From Macrostomum lignano (taxonomy: Eukaryota), in contig NIVC01002993.1 of assembly GCA_002269645.1 (NCBI GenBank), positions 1-64,000 of the forward strand: DNA of 64,000 nt, in the 5' to 3' direction. This document shows positions 36,979-49,490 of the stretch, in pieces. Each line of letters begins with the position of its first letter. Position 1 is the stretch's first letter. The notes below the pieces were generated by a model that was not told where the DNA came from, did not search any database, and saw only the letters and a program-made list of their open reading frames with translations. The position numbers were made by a program, and so were the translations under genes.

Positions 36979-36984
36979 AATAAA
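36979..36984 (+). terminator. Candidate E78 poly(A) signal
   Basis: AATAAA about 1 kb after the stop, at the end of a U-rich tract. Confidence 0.35.
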
Positions 36985-37904
36985 ATAAGTTTTTTTCAAT
37001 CAGAAACCGTCAGGTGGATTAAGCAGTCAGTCTGTGTTTATTGCAGATCTAAATAATCCCTAGGGGGATTTAAGTTAATCCGCCCCTTTTGTGTTTTCAA
37101 TTTCTTTATTAGCGTCTTCTGTTGTGAGGTATTGTTTTTGTTCATTTCCAGTGCAACAACAATTTTTTGTAATAACCAGTTCCTTTAACTCCGCTTTCTT
37201 GCTCTCCAGACTCAACTAGTTTTTTATTCATTAAACTTGATTTGTTTTGCGAATCGCACTACTTACAGTAAAAAAGTAAGAAAATTCGCTGTTTTTTTAA
37301 TTGCCTACCTCTTCGCCGCACTCAACTATTTGCTCTTGCTTAGCTAATACTCATCATTCTTTTCTTGAGCTGTCTCTGTCGGTTAAGCTGCTACCTCTTT
37401 GGCTGTAAAAATATCCTTTTTCTTATTATGGGTGAAAAATTCCTTTTTTAAGAGGCGCGTTGTCTTCTTTACTGTTTTGCTGGGACAAGGAAATAAAAGA
37501 AAAAAATATTCGAGTTCAATGCTAACCGTTCTGATGGCTGAAAACCGAAACTTTTAGCATAGGTAGATGGAAGATGGAAGGCTAGGTATGTAGATTGTAG
37601 CAAGCTCCAATCTCTATCTATAGGCAGTAGAAAATCGAATTTGGATCTATATACAATGCGATCTATAATCTCAATCTATAGACCATGGAAAATCTAATAT
37701 AGATCTATAGACAGTGCGTGCTCTAATATCGATCTATAGATACTGAAAATTCAACCCCTTAACAAACGCAAATAAAAAATGAGAGTTTATCAAGCCTTGC
37801 GAATTTTATATTGAACTAACAAATGGTCTATCCCAATATTTTCCTTATTCAGCCAAATTGCTTCTATTAAAATGAACATAAGCCTTAAAAATAGACAGAT
37901 CTAT

Positions 37905-38425
37905 AAAACCTGTACTATAGATAGATCTATAGATAAATTAAATTCCAGTCTAGATAGATCTACAGACAGAGCAACCTATAGTCTAGATAGATCTATAGGC
38001 AGAGCAGCCTATTGTCTAGATAGATCTACAGACAGAGCAGCTAATATTCTAGACAGATCTACAGACAGAGCAGCCTATTGTCTAGATAGATCTACAGACA
38101 GAGCAGCTAATATTCTAGACAGATCTACAGACAGAGCAGCCTATTGTCTAGATAGATCTACAGACAGAGCAGCTAATATTCTAGACAGATCTATAGACAG
38201 AAAAGCCTATTGTCTAGCTAGATCTACAGACAGAGAAGCCTATTGTCTAGATAGATCTATAGACAGAGCAGCCTATTGTCTAGATAGATCTATAGACAGA
38301 GCAGCCTATTGTCTAGATAGATCTACAGACAGAGCAGCCTATTGTCTAGATAGATCTATAGACAAAGCAGCTAATATTCTAGACAGATCTATAGACAGCA
38401 ACCTGTAGTCTAGATAGATCGACAG
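37905..38425. repeat. 33-bp minisatellite (TAGATAGATCTATAGACAGAGCAGCCTATTGTC)
   Basis: 11-aa periodicity in ORF 37872..38408. Confidence 0.93.
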
Positions 38426-39364
38426 ACATAGCAAGCGTCAGCTAAATGTGTAGCAGTCACGTGTTAGGTAAAACAAACGAGATTCTTGTACTGTTCAATG
38501 GCAACAGAAATCTTGTAAAGTTAATAAAATCTGTTCTTTTGGAATTTGTGTAAATATGTGCATTCTGTTACTATTGTTTTGTTTTGCTAATATATCAGAT
38601 ATTATTGATGAAATCAAAGGCGAGTTGATTGCTCAGAATTTTATCAATTATGTATTACAATTCGGTATGAGTGAGAAAATGAATCGACCTTTTTTCGAAT
38701 TTTTCTCCTAATTTATATTTGCGCTTCCGGCTTGATGATTAAAAAAAATTAATACTGCGCGTGAAAAAGTCGGGTATTTTGTTTTAATTATTTGTATTTT
38801 TTGTTTCAATTTTCTCGTGACCTTAAATTTTTTCTGTGTTTTAAGAAAAATTATGACGATTGTAGATTCTCCATGCGAATCGAACGAAAAAGTTTTTATT
38901 GAGAACTTTTATATATTATATATACTTTCTTCTCAATCTTACCTCAATGAAGGAATGCGAACTTGTTTTTTTATGTAAGGGAATTTTTTTTCTCTCCTAA
39001 GGATTTATATTGCGCACATTTATTTTGTTTTAATTCTTCCATGTAATTTTAATAATTGATTGCCGCAAATTTTGCGATACCTGTTTTTAGACTGCCTGGT
39101 CTGATGTTGATTTGTTTCGAAAATTGCATCGCCCTCCCAGGCCTCTCATTAGCCTCTCATTAAATATTGCGTATAAATTTTGCTTGAGTTCATTAAATTT
39201 TCCTATTTTTCTCTTTTATTGCTTGAGTAAATTCTGTTTATCTGGCTTTGATTCAAATATAAAAGTATTCATTTTGATTATCATCTCATATTTCTTTGTT
39301 ATGTTATTTTTTATTTGTGAAAATCAACGATATTTCAACACCCACATGATCACTCAGTCACTGC

Positions 39365-39712
39365 CCCGAGTATCTCCTGGTTGCCATGGTTATGCTGTGC
39401 CCGATTACCGACCCGAGTATCTCCTGGTTGCCATGGTTATGCTGTGCCCGATTACCGACCCGAGTATCTCCTGGTTGCCATGGTTATGCTGTGCCCGATT
39501 ACCGACCCGAGTATCTCCTGGTTGCCATGGTTACGCTGTGCCCGATTACCGACCCGAGTATCTCCTGGTTGCCATGGTTATGCTGTGCCCGATTACCGAC
39601 CCGAGTATCTCCTGGTTGCCATGGTTATGCTGTGCCCGATTACCGACCCGAGTATCTCCTGGTTGCCATGGCCATGGGGTCTCCAGCTGAATTTCCCGGT
39701 TGCCATGGAGAC
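39365..39712 (+). promoter_or_regulatory. 47-bp tandem repeat (about 6.5 units) carrying RFX X-box-like motifs, plus a terminal consensus X-box
   Basis: GTTGCCATGGTTA(T/C) at 39380, 39427, 39474, 39521, 39568 and 39615; partial copy at 39662; GTTGCCATGGAGAC at 39699-39712, 46 nt before ATG 39759. Confidence 0.65.
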
Positions 39713-39758
39713 GCTTCACGCCATCGCAACCCGCATTTCAGCGTCCGGCTGGCCGCGC

Positions 39759-40569
39759 ATGGCCGACATCAGTGACTCAGACGAAGACGACGACTCCTTC
39801 GCTGATGCGGCCGCCGCTGCCGCCGCCGCCGCCACGGCGCGAGCCCCGCCGCCCAGCCTGTACTCGCTGTGCTTCGCCGAACTCGCCGACCAGTCTCGGG
39901 ATCATCGCGGCGCCGCCTCGGCGCCCGGCCTGCACAATGAGGACTGGCGCCTGGCCGGACAGCTGCTGGCCCATCTGAGCGCCGCGCAGCCCCGCGCCGT
40001 GCGCGGCCGACACCTGCGCGACTTGGCGGCCGGGCCCGGCCTGACCGAGCTGGACCTCACCGCCTGCTGCCTGCTGGCCCCGGCCGACCTGCGCGCCGCT
40101 CTGCCCGCCTGTCCGGGTCTTCGCCGACTCCGCCTGGCTCAGTGCTCCCAGCTGGTGCTTGACAAGCGCCTGCTGACCGACCTGCCCCGACTGGCGCCCC
40201 GCCTGCGCTGCCTTGAGCTGGACCAGTGCGACAGCCTTACCGGCGCCGCCCTGCGCTGCGTGCTGCTGTCCGGCCGGCGCCGCCTCCGCCGCCTGTCCGC
40301 CGCCGCCTGTCCGCTGGTCTGCGACTCCGCATTCGCCAGCCTGCCAGCTGGCGGCGGCCGGCTTCGTCGGGTGAATCTCAGCGGCACCCGGGTGACGGCG
40401 GCCGGCCTGCGGGATCTGTGCCGCTTCGCTGGGCGGCACCTGCGCTCGCTGACGGCCACGCATCTGGCGGAGCTCCGGCCGCTGTTTGACTGCTTGGCGG
40501 AGATTTCCGAGGCGACTTCTGTCGGCGAAGACGAGCGGGCGACTGAGCCGATTGCGATGGACAGACAGG
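39759..40569 (+). CDS. Cys-containing (RNI-like/FBXL-type) LRR protein, exon 1, with a BC-box-like N-terminal motif
   Basis: MADISDSDEDDD start; SLYSLCFAEL; LRRs LTELDLTAC, LRRLRLAQC, LRCLELDQCDSLT, LRRVNLSGTRVT. Donor CAGG|GTGAGT, phase 1. Confidence 0.85.
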
Positions 40570-40629
40570 GTGAGTGCCTCCCGGATGGCTTGATGAGGGA
40601 CAACAGAGTGTCTTGTGGCACAGACTAAT

Positions 40630-41569
40630 AAGCTACCATTTAGCTATCTCTTAGCTACCCATTATCTACCCCTTAGTTACCAATAGCTACCCATTAGCTA
40701 CCTATTAGCTCCCCCCTTAGCTACCCATTAGCTTCCCCCTTAGCTACCCATTAGCTACCCCTTAGTTACCATTAGCTACCCATTAGCTACCTCTTAGTTA
40801 CCATTAGCTACCCATTAGCCACCCCTTAGTTACCATTAGCTAACCCATTAGCTACCTCTTAGTTACCATTAGCTACCCATTAGCTACCTCTTAGTTACCA
40901 TTAGCTACCCATTAGCTACCCTATAATAGACTTATTAGCTTTCCCCTTAGCTACCTATTAGCTACCCCTTAGTTGCCATTAGCTGCCCCTTAGTTGCCAG
41001 TAGCTACCCGTTAACTACCCTATTAGCTACCCCATTAGCTACCCGTTAACTACCCTATTAGCTACCCCTTTAGCTACCCGTTAACTACCCTATTAGCTAC
41101 CCCATTAGCTACCCGTTAACTACCCTATTAGCTACCCCATTAGCTACCCGTTAACTACCCTATTAGCTGCCCCATTAGCTACCCGTTAACTACCCTATTA
41201 GCTACCCCATTAGCTACCCGTTAACTACCCTATTAGCTGCCCCATTAGCTACCCGTTAACTACCCTATTAGCTACCCCATTAGCTACCCGTTAACTACCC
41301 TATTAGCTGCCCCATTAGCTACCCGTTAACTACCCTATTAGCTACCATATTAGCTACCCGTTAACTACCCTATTAGCTACCCTATTAGCTTCCCCATTAG
41401 CTACCCGTTAACTACCCTATTAGCTACCCTATTAGCTACCCCATTAGCTACCCGTTAACTACCCTATTAGCTGCCCCATTAGCTACCCGTTAACTACCCT
41501 ATTAGCTACCCCATTAGCTATCCGTTAACTACCCTATTAGCTACCCTATTAGCTTCCCCCTTAGCTACC
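40630..41569. repeat. TAGCTACCC-based satellite filling LRR intron 1
   Basis: Tandem units run up to the acceptor at 41572-41573. Confidence 0.95.
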
Positions 41570-41573
41570 GCAG

Positions 41574-42504
41574 CAACACCAAATCCGCCACCCGCAGCGG
41601 ACAGCGCGCAGCCGAAGCCGCAGTCCGGAGGCTCCAGCTATCACAGCTGCGCCAGCGAGAGCGCCAGCAGCCTCGCCGACTCGGACGTTGCAGACGACTC
41701 TGAAGCAGACAATTTCGAAGACGCCAAAGATGATGAAGATCAGCTGATTGACTGCGCCGACGAAGCTGAAGATGAGTACAGTGATGAAGAAGACTCTGGC
41801 TCAGATGATGAAGAACCGGATGCAGAGCAGGGCCTGGCGGAGCTGGACTTGGCCTTCTGCACCGCCTGGTCTTCAGCTCGGGAGTCTCTGCTGCAGCTCT
41901 GCGCCCTGCGCGGCCGCTGCCTTCGCTCGCTGAGTCTGGCCAGCTCTGATGGCCTCACGGAGGCGGACTTGGCCGCCGTGTGCAGCCTCTGCCCCGGCCT
42001 GGTGTGGCTGGACTTGCGCTGCTGCCGCCTGCAGCTGGCTGGCATCGCCGAGCCGCTCTGCCGACTTGTCGAACTGCGCGGCCTCGATCTCAGCGAGCTG
42101 CTGCTCACTGAGCCAGTCAATCTGGTATTCCTTGGCCAGCTCAACCAGCTGCACTCGTTGCATCTTGACGGCTGGGAAGAACTCGCCGATGAGCAGGCTG
42201 GCCAGCTGTTCGCCTCGCTGATGCGGCTGACCCGACTGCGCTGCCTGTCGCTGAACTGGTGTCCCCGGCTGACGCCGCAGGCTTGCCGCGCCATCGGCTC
42301 GGAGCTGCTGGAATTGCGCCATTTCGCCTGCCGGTGCAACCTGGCCGACGGCACCGACCTGGAGGCGGTGATTTCCGGTTGTCGGAAACTGGAATCGGTG
42401 GATTTGTCCTTCATCAAAGGCTCCCGACTGGTCACCGACCGGCTGATGTTCAGCGTGGCGGCCAACTTGCAGCAGCTGGTAAAGCTTGACGTCAGCTTCA
42501 ACCC
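41574..42504 (+). CDS. LRR protein exon 2 (acidic linker plus LRRs)
   Basis: Acceptor CCGCAG|CA in phase; long D/E tract, then LAELDLAFC, LRCLSLNWCPRLT and LESVDLSF. Donor AACCC|GTGAGT, phase 2. Confidence 0.88.
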
Positions 42505-43779
42505 GTGAGTTGCCGGTCTGTTGTTAGCGGTTGTATAATGTCTATAGACATTGGATACTGCCGTTTAGATCTATAGACACTGGATACTGCCATTTAGATC
42601 TATAGACACTGGATACTGCCTTTTGGATCTATAGACACTGGATACTGCCGTTTAGATCTATAGAAGACACTGGATACTGCCGTTTAGATCTATAGACACT
42701 GGATACTGCCGTTTAGATCTATAGACACTGGATACTGCCGTTTAGATCTATAGAAGACACTGGATACTGCCGTTTAGATCTATAGACACTGGATACTGCC
42801 GTTTAGATTTATAGACACTGGATACTGCCGTTTAGATCTATAGACACTGGATACTGCCTTTTAAATCTATAGACACTGGATACTGCCGTTTAGATCAATA
42901 GACACTGGATACTGCCGTTTAGATCTATAGACCCTAGATACTGCCGTTTAGATCTATAGACACTGGATACTGCCTTTAAATCTTTAGACACTGGATACTG
43001 CCGTTTAGATCTATAGACACTGGATACTGCCGTTTAGATCTATAGACACTGGATACTGCCGTTTAGATCTATAGACACTGGATACTATCATTTAGATCTA
43101 TAGACACTGGATACTATCATTTAGATCTATAGATACTGGATACTGCCGTTTAGATCTATAGGCACTGGATACTGCCGTTTAGATCTATAGACACTGGATA
43201 CTATCATTTTGATCTATAGACACTGGATACTGCCATTTAGATCTATAGACACTGGATACTGCCATTTAGATCTATAGACACTGGATACTACCATTTAGAT
43301 CTATAGACACTGGATACTATCATTTAGATCTATAGACACTGGATACTGCCATTTAGATCTATAGACACTAAATACTGCCATTTAGATCTATAGACACTGG
43401 ATACTATCATTTTGATCTATAGACACTGGATACTGCCATTTAGATCTATAGACACTGGATACTGCCATTTAGATCTATAGACACTGGATACTACCATTTA
43501 GATCTATAGACACTGGATACTATCATTTAGATCTATAGACACTGGATACTGCCATTTAGATCTATAGACACTAAATACTGCCATTTAGATCTATAGACAC
43601 TGGATACTGCCATTTAGATCTATAGACACAGGATACTCTCATTTAGATCTATAGACACTAGATACTGCCATTTAGATCTATAGACACTGGATACTGCCAT
43701 TTAGATCTATAGACACAGGATACTCTCATTTAGATCTATAGACACTAGATACTGCCATTTAGATCTATAGACACAGGAT

Positions 43780-45453
43780 GACTTGACTTACTTGACTTAG
43801 CTGCAGGGCTGTCCCGGAGGGGACACAGCGGGAAGGCGCGGGCGCCCATTCCGCAAATCCCTGAACGGCCGACGCGTCGCTATGGACGGAGGGTTGGCGC
43901 CGCCCAGGGAGGTCCCCCAGTGTCGCCAGCAGCTATAGTGCTCTCTGGAAAGGAGAGTTCAGCCCTGCGGGTGGCCCGAAGGTAGCGCATGAGCTGATTA
44001 AAGTTTTCGGGTTTGCACGCTTCAGTAATAGATGTGTGTGGCCCGAGGTAAGTGAGTCTGGCCCGCGTGAAGGCGGGACAGATGCTGACGAAATGCTCAG
44101 CGGTTTCGTCACCTGAGTTGCAGAAACTACAGGTGGCGTTGGTGGCGTTGCCCTGCAGGTACTGGTGCCTGGAGAAGCAGCCGTGACCAGAGAGGGTCAT
44201 GGTGGCAGCCCGGATGTCTCTGCGCGAGAGGCGCAAGAGGAGCTTCCGGAGCTGGTGAGAGGGCTGAGGGACAGCGCCTCTGGATTGCCTGCAGTTCGTG
44301 CGGTTCGCCCAAGTCGAGCGGTGCTGAGTCCTGATCCACGCTTTGATGCGCGAGTCGATGACACAGCCAGGAATCGGGACAAGAGGTTCGGGGCCGAGAG
44401 AGGAGCCGGAGGCACCAACTTTTGCAAGGGTGTCAGCCAGCTCATTTCCTCGGATCCCCACATGCCCCGGAACCCACTTAAGGGTAATTGTTGGCGGAAC
44501 CCAACACGTTAAGAAGTTTGATACAGTCGAGGACTGTAGCAGAGTTGGTGCTGCAGCCACTGATGGCGTGCAAGGCAGCTTGGCTGTCCGAATGGAAAAT
44601 GATGTTCTTGCCAATAACGCCAGTGGCGAGAAGCTCTGCAGTGCAGGAGCTGATGGCCAGAACTTCATTTTCGAAAACACTGGAGTTGACCCCAGTGTAT
44701 TGAGCGTGGGTAGCGATGACCCTCCCGTTCAGAAAGATTCCAACACCAAAGCCGGTGTTGGCTGACTGCTTAGAACCGTCGGTGTAGCAATGAAGCTCAC
44801 CAAGGTTCCATTGGTCATTGATGTTATCGCGCGAGTCGATAGCTACGGAGTAGCGCTGTCTCAGGTTGAGCGTTGAGGCAATGCCATCGGTGAAGACGCG
44901 ATTGGCCTGACACTCGTTGAGAAAGTTGAGGCACAGGTCGCTATGCGGGACAAGGTTCCGCTTAGCAGGTGCTCTCATGTGAATGAATTTGACGCCAGCA
45001 TCAATTAGACGCCGCGTCGATCTAGCCGCCTCACCCCTGACGAAGAGGTCAAGAGGCGGTAGATTAAGGAAGGCCCCCATGCCAGCAAAGGGCGTGGACC
45101 TGGTGGCGTTGCAGATAAGCCTACACGCTCTGCCTTGGATCGTGTTGAGCAGGTCTGCATGGCTTTTGACCTGGGTAGCGCTAACCCAGACAACAGAGGC
45201 GTACGTAATGGCAGGTCTAACTACGGAAGTATAGATCCACCAAAGCCGCTTTGGGATAGACCCCAAGAAGTGCCAAGTGCTCGTCGGAGCTGGGCCAGGA
45301 TGGCTGAGGCACGCTTGGCTTTTGCTTTCACGTGGAAGGACCAGTTGAGCCGGTGGTCAAGTGTGACCCCGAGACATCTGGTCTGGTGCGCGAAGGCAAT
45401 ATCTCTGCCGTAGAGCTGCAGAGGACGTATGTTCCAGCGTAGTCTGCTGGTAA
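43780..45453 (-). mobile_element. 5'-truncated non-LTR retrotransposon (RT C-terminus, RNase H, CCHC), I-group/LOA-like
   Basis: RT thumb CLGVTLDHRLNW...WIYTSVVRPAITYASVVW; RNase H YTDGSK, SVFENE, HSDSQAAL, LKWVPGHVGIRGNELAD; CSFC...HFVSIC. 3' tail TAAGTCAAGTAAGTCAAGTC. TSD ACAGGAT at 43773-43779 and 45454-45460. Two frameshifts near 45246 and 44488. Confidence 0.93.
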
Positions 45454-45705
45454 ACAGGATACTCTCATTTAGATCTATAGGCACTGGATACTGCCATTTA
45501 GATCTATAGACACTAAATACTGCCATTTAGTTCTATAGACACTGGATACTCTCATTTAGATCTATTGAAACAAGCTACTACCATTTAGATCTATAGACAC
45601 TAGACACTACAATTTTGATCTATGCACACTAGAAGTCTCCACAGTCTAGATCTATAGAGACTGAATACTACCGTTTAAATCTAGACACTAAATGCTGACA
45701 TTTAA

Positions 45706-46935
45706 CAGAATAAAGACCACGCTATTTTTCCCCATAGGGAAAGACCACGGGGGTGTATTTCAAATACACACGACCCATTTCACGATAGCTCGCAAACCGA
45801 ATTACCGATTTTCGTAAAAGTCCACCGCATGGATCAAAATTCCCCCCTTTCCAACGAATTAACTTTCAAAGTCATCCGACGTCAGCATCGTCGAGATATT
45901 CAACGATTCTTGTCGAGGACACTGGTGGCAAGGACAACCAACACTACACTGTATAAACCTTTATGGTGAATCCATATTGGCTCAATAATCTGGGTCCATC
46001 TGTCGTAGAGGCCTTTTTTCTCAGCATCCCAGGCAACAGGGTCCCCTTCATCACCGTCTGGAGCATCGACGGCGACCGTCGGGACCTTCCACAAAAGCAC
46101 CGATCGGCATCGCAGAGACGGCTGTGTTCCCAAAACTGAAATGGAAGAATCCACGTCTGCAGCAGAATTCAGTCAGTAGTCACAATCGGTGAATGAAATG
46201 GACGATGGCGACCCTCTAGGCTGACCTGTAGACATACAGGCGACCTTCGGGACCTTCAACGGAGTGCACCTTGCGGCCCTGACGAACTGACACCCCAAAA
46301 TCGTGATTTTTTATCAAGGCACCAAACCAGACATGTCTGCGTATTATACAGTGCTTTGTACCATGTTCAGCATTCAGCTCTGTCTGGACGACCTTCGGGA
46401 CCTTCAACGGAGTGCACCTTGCGGCCCGACGAGCTGACACCGCCAACATCGTGATTTTTCTATCAAGGCTGACTACTGACTGAATGCTGCATGCAGACGT
46501 GGATTCTTTCATTTCAGTTTTGGGAACGCAGCTGTCTCTGAGATGCCGATCGGGTGCTTTTGTTGAAGGTCCCGACGGTCGCCGCGCCGATGCTCCAGAC
46601 GGTGATGAAGGGGACCCTGTTGCCTGGGATGCCGAGAGAGAAAGTCCTGCGCCTGATATGCATAGTTTGTTGAGCCGACGTGGTTTCATGGTGAGATTTT
46701 GCTAGCAGAAAAAATTTCCAATGTTGGTGGTTTTTGCCACCGGACACCCCGAGGAGAATCGTTGAATATCTCGACGATGCCGATTTTTCGTGATTCTCGA
46801 AGTTGCTTCATCGAATAGAGCGGAAAATTTTAGCCCGTGTTCTGGATTTTGATGGCAATTGGTTGAATATTTTCGGAGATCCAGACAGAAGAAAAAGTGT
46901 GTATTTGAAATACACCCCCTATGGTCTTTCTACTG
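45706..46935. mobile_element. TTAA-flanked non-autonomous fold-back DNA element with nested inverted repeats
   Basis: TTAA at 45702-45705 and 46936-46939. TIR core GAAAGACCA..GGGGGTGTATTTCAAATACACAC at 45739-45771 and 46897-46930. 26-bp IR at 45885-45910 and 46755-46780. About 155-bp IR at 46020-46172 and 46470-46636. Confidence 0.85.
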
Positions 46936-47552
46936 TTAAGATGTACACTCCGTTAGGCAAGCAGTGTACACTTCACAGATCTATAGACACTGGATACTCT
47001 CATTTACGAGCTAGATCTATAGACACTAGATACCACTATTTACATCTATAGACACTAGATACCCTCATTTAGATTTATAGACCCTAGATACCACCATTTA
47101 GATCTATAGACACTAGATAACACCATTTAGATCTATAGACACTAGATACCACCATTTAGATCTATAGACACTAGATACCACCATTTAGATCTATAGACAC
47201 TAGATACCACCATTTAGATCTATAGACCCTAGATACTCTCATTTAGATCTATAGACCCTAGATACTCTCATTTAGATCTATAGACACTAGATACTGCTGT
47301 TTAGATCTATAGACACTAGATACTGCTGTTTAGATCTATAGACACTAGATACTGCCGTTTAGATCTATAGACACTAGATACCACCATTTAGATCTATAGA
47401 CACTAGATACTGCCGTTTAGATCTATAGACACTAGATACCACCATTTAGATCTATAGACACTAGATACTGCCGTTTAGATCTATGGACACTAGAAAGCTG
47501 CATAGATGTCTGTAGACCATCCCGTTTCTAAGAAAACGCGTCCCGCTCGCAG

Positions 47553-48108
47553 GTTCGTCACAGACCGCGGCGTCTCCTCCGTGCTGGCCGCCTGTCCGAG
47601 CTTGCAGGAGGCGGACTTCAGCGGCCTGAAGCAGATCACCAGCCGGCCATTCCTGCCATCATTCACGACCTGCCATCGTGGGCGCCGGACTCTCGCCCTG
47701 CTGCGACTGCGGCTGGCCGAGCGGGCAGCCAGATGGCGCCGACGAGCCTCCGTCGCTGCCGCCTGCGGTGGCGCCGGTGGCGAACGGTCGCCGGACGGGA
47801 ACTCCTCCTACGTCGGCAACGACAACGACGACTCAGACGACGACGGCGAGTCCAGCGGCGGAGACGAAGACTTCGAAGAGCTGGAGCTGCCGCGCCGCAG
47901 TCGGGTGTTCGCGCCGGCTCTGCGAATCCTTCGCCTGCTGGTCTCCGATCTGATCAACGAGGACTGCATGCGCGAGATTGTGGCCGTCTGCCGTGGCTCC
48001 TTGGTGGTGTACGGCTATTCTGCCGACCCGCTGGAGCCCCGATGGGTCACCATTCATCCCGGCAGGCAGCGGGTGCTTGAGTCCGCTCTGCTCAGCGCCG
48101 ATGTCTAA
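47553..48108 (+). CDS. LRR protein exon 3 (final)
   Basis: Acceptor CTCGCAG|G completes Pro, then FVTDRGVSSVLAACPSLQEADFSGLKQIT. The three exons total 2298 nt (765 aa). Confidence 0.85.
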
Positions 48109-48204
48109 CCTTGCATGTTTGCTTGCTGATTTTAAGAATGCTCTTCGTGCGTCTCAGTGTGACATTCTAGTGTGGGTAAACTTGCCTTGCTTCACTTATA
48201 GCCT

Positions 48205-49100
48205 CCCAGTTCCATATCTAGCTTCCCAGTTCCATATCTAGCTTCCCAGTTCCATATCTAGCTTCCCAGTTCCATATCTAGCTTCCCAGTTCCATATCTA
48301 GCTTCCCAGTTCCATATATAGCTTCCCAGTTCCATATCTAGCTTCCCAGTTCCATATATAGCTTCCCAGTCCCATATCTAGCTTCCCAGTTCCATATCTA
48401 GCTTCCCAGTCCCATAGCTAGCTTCCCAGTTCCATATCTAGCTTCCCAGTTCCATATCTAGCTTCCCAGTTCCATATCTAGCTTCCCAGTTCCATATCTA
48501 GCTTCCCAGTTCCATATCAAGCTTCCCAGTTCCATATCTAGCTTCCCAGTTCCATAGCTAGCTTCCCAGTTCCATATCTAGCTTCCCAGTTCCATATCTA
48601 GCTTCCCAGTTCCATATCTAGCTTCCCAGTTCCATATATAGCTTCCCAGTTCCATATCTAGCTTCCCAGTTCCATATCTAGCTTCCCAGTCCCATATCTA
48701 GCTTCCCAGTTCCATATTTAGCTTCCCAGTTCCATATCTAGCTTCCCAGTTCCATATCTAGCTTCCCAGTTCCATATTTAGCTTCCCAGTTCCATATCTA
48801 GCTTCCCAGTCCCATATCTAGCTTCCCAGTTCCATATCTAGCTTCCCAGTTCCATATCTGGCTTGACAGTTCCATATCTAGCTTCCCAGTTCCATATCTG
48901 GCTTGACAGTACCATATCTAGCTTCCCAGTTCCATATCTAGCTTCCCAGTTCCATATTTAGCTTCCCAGTTCCATATCTAGCTTCCCAGTCCCATATCTA
49001 GCTTCCCAGTTCCATATCTAGCTTCCCAGTTCCATATCTGGCTTGACAGTTCCATATCTAGCTTCCCAGTTCCATATCTGGCTTGACAGTACCATATCTA
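48205..49100. repeat. 20-bp minisatellite (CCATATCTAGCTTCCCAGTT) downstream of the LRR stop
   Basis: Tandem units visible directly. Confidence 0.97.
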
Positions 49101-49490
49101 GTCCAGCCTTTGGCACGATGTTGACAAGTTTTTTAACACCTCACATCACTGAATTTCACAGTTTACGGCCAAAATTAGGTGCCCAGAGTTTATGGTGATT
49201 AATTGTAGTAGACCATGAATTTGCAAAAGCTATTTTTGCTGGCTTAGCGGTAAAATTTCGCATTCCAGTAATTGTAAAGCTAATTGGTTCTGTAAAATAA
49301 ACAATAAATTTAGCATAAGATATTCCAAATTTCAACTTTGTCTGTGACTCGTTGAGTCGCTGTGCTTTCGCCCAGCTCATTAAAAAATGCTATGTGAATG
49401 GATTTTATACAACTGTTATTTGATTTTTTGAGAGTTCACTTTGAATGAGCTTTAGGTAGCACCTTATTTAAATCAATGGCTGATACTTAA

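Larger units (their letters stand above)
42535..47495. repeat. 29-bp satellite (TTTAGATCTATAGACACTGGATACTGCCG) filling LRR intron 2, interrupted by two mobile elements
   Basis: Array segments at about 42535-43779, 45454-45700 and 46975-47495. Confidence 0.95.

Noticed and set aside
39381-39758. N-terminal extension of the LRR ORF (MPWLCCARLP... repeats)
   Set aside because: It derives from the 47-bp promoter repeat. ATG 39759 starts the GC3-rich, protein-like sequence.
45900-46747. Short ORFs inside the fold-back element as transposase remnants
   Set aside because: They mirror each other because of the internal inverted repeat, and no DDE or other recognisable motif is present.
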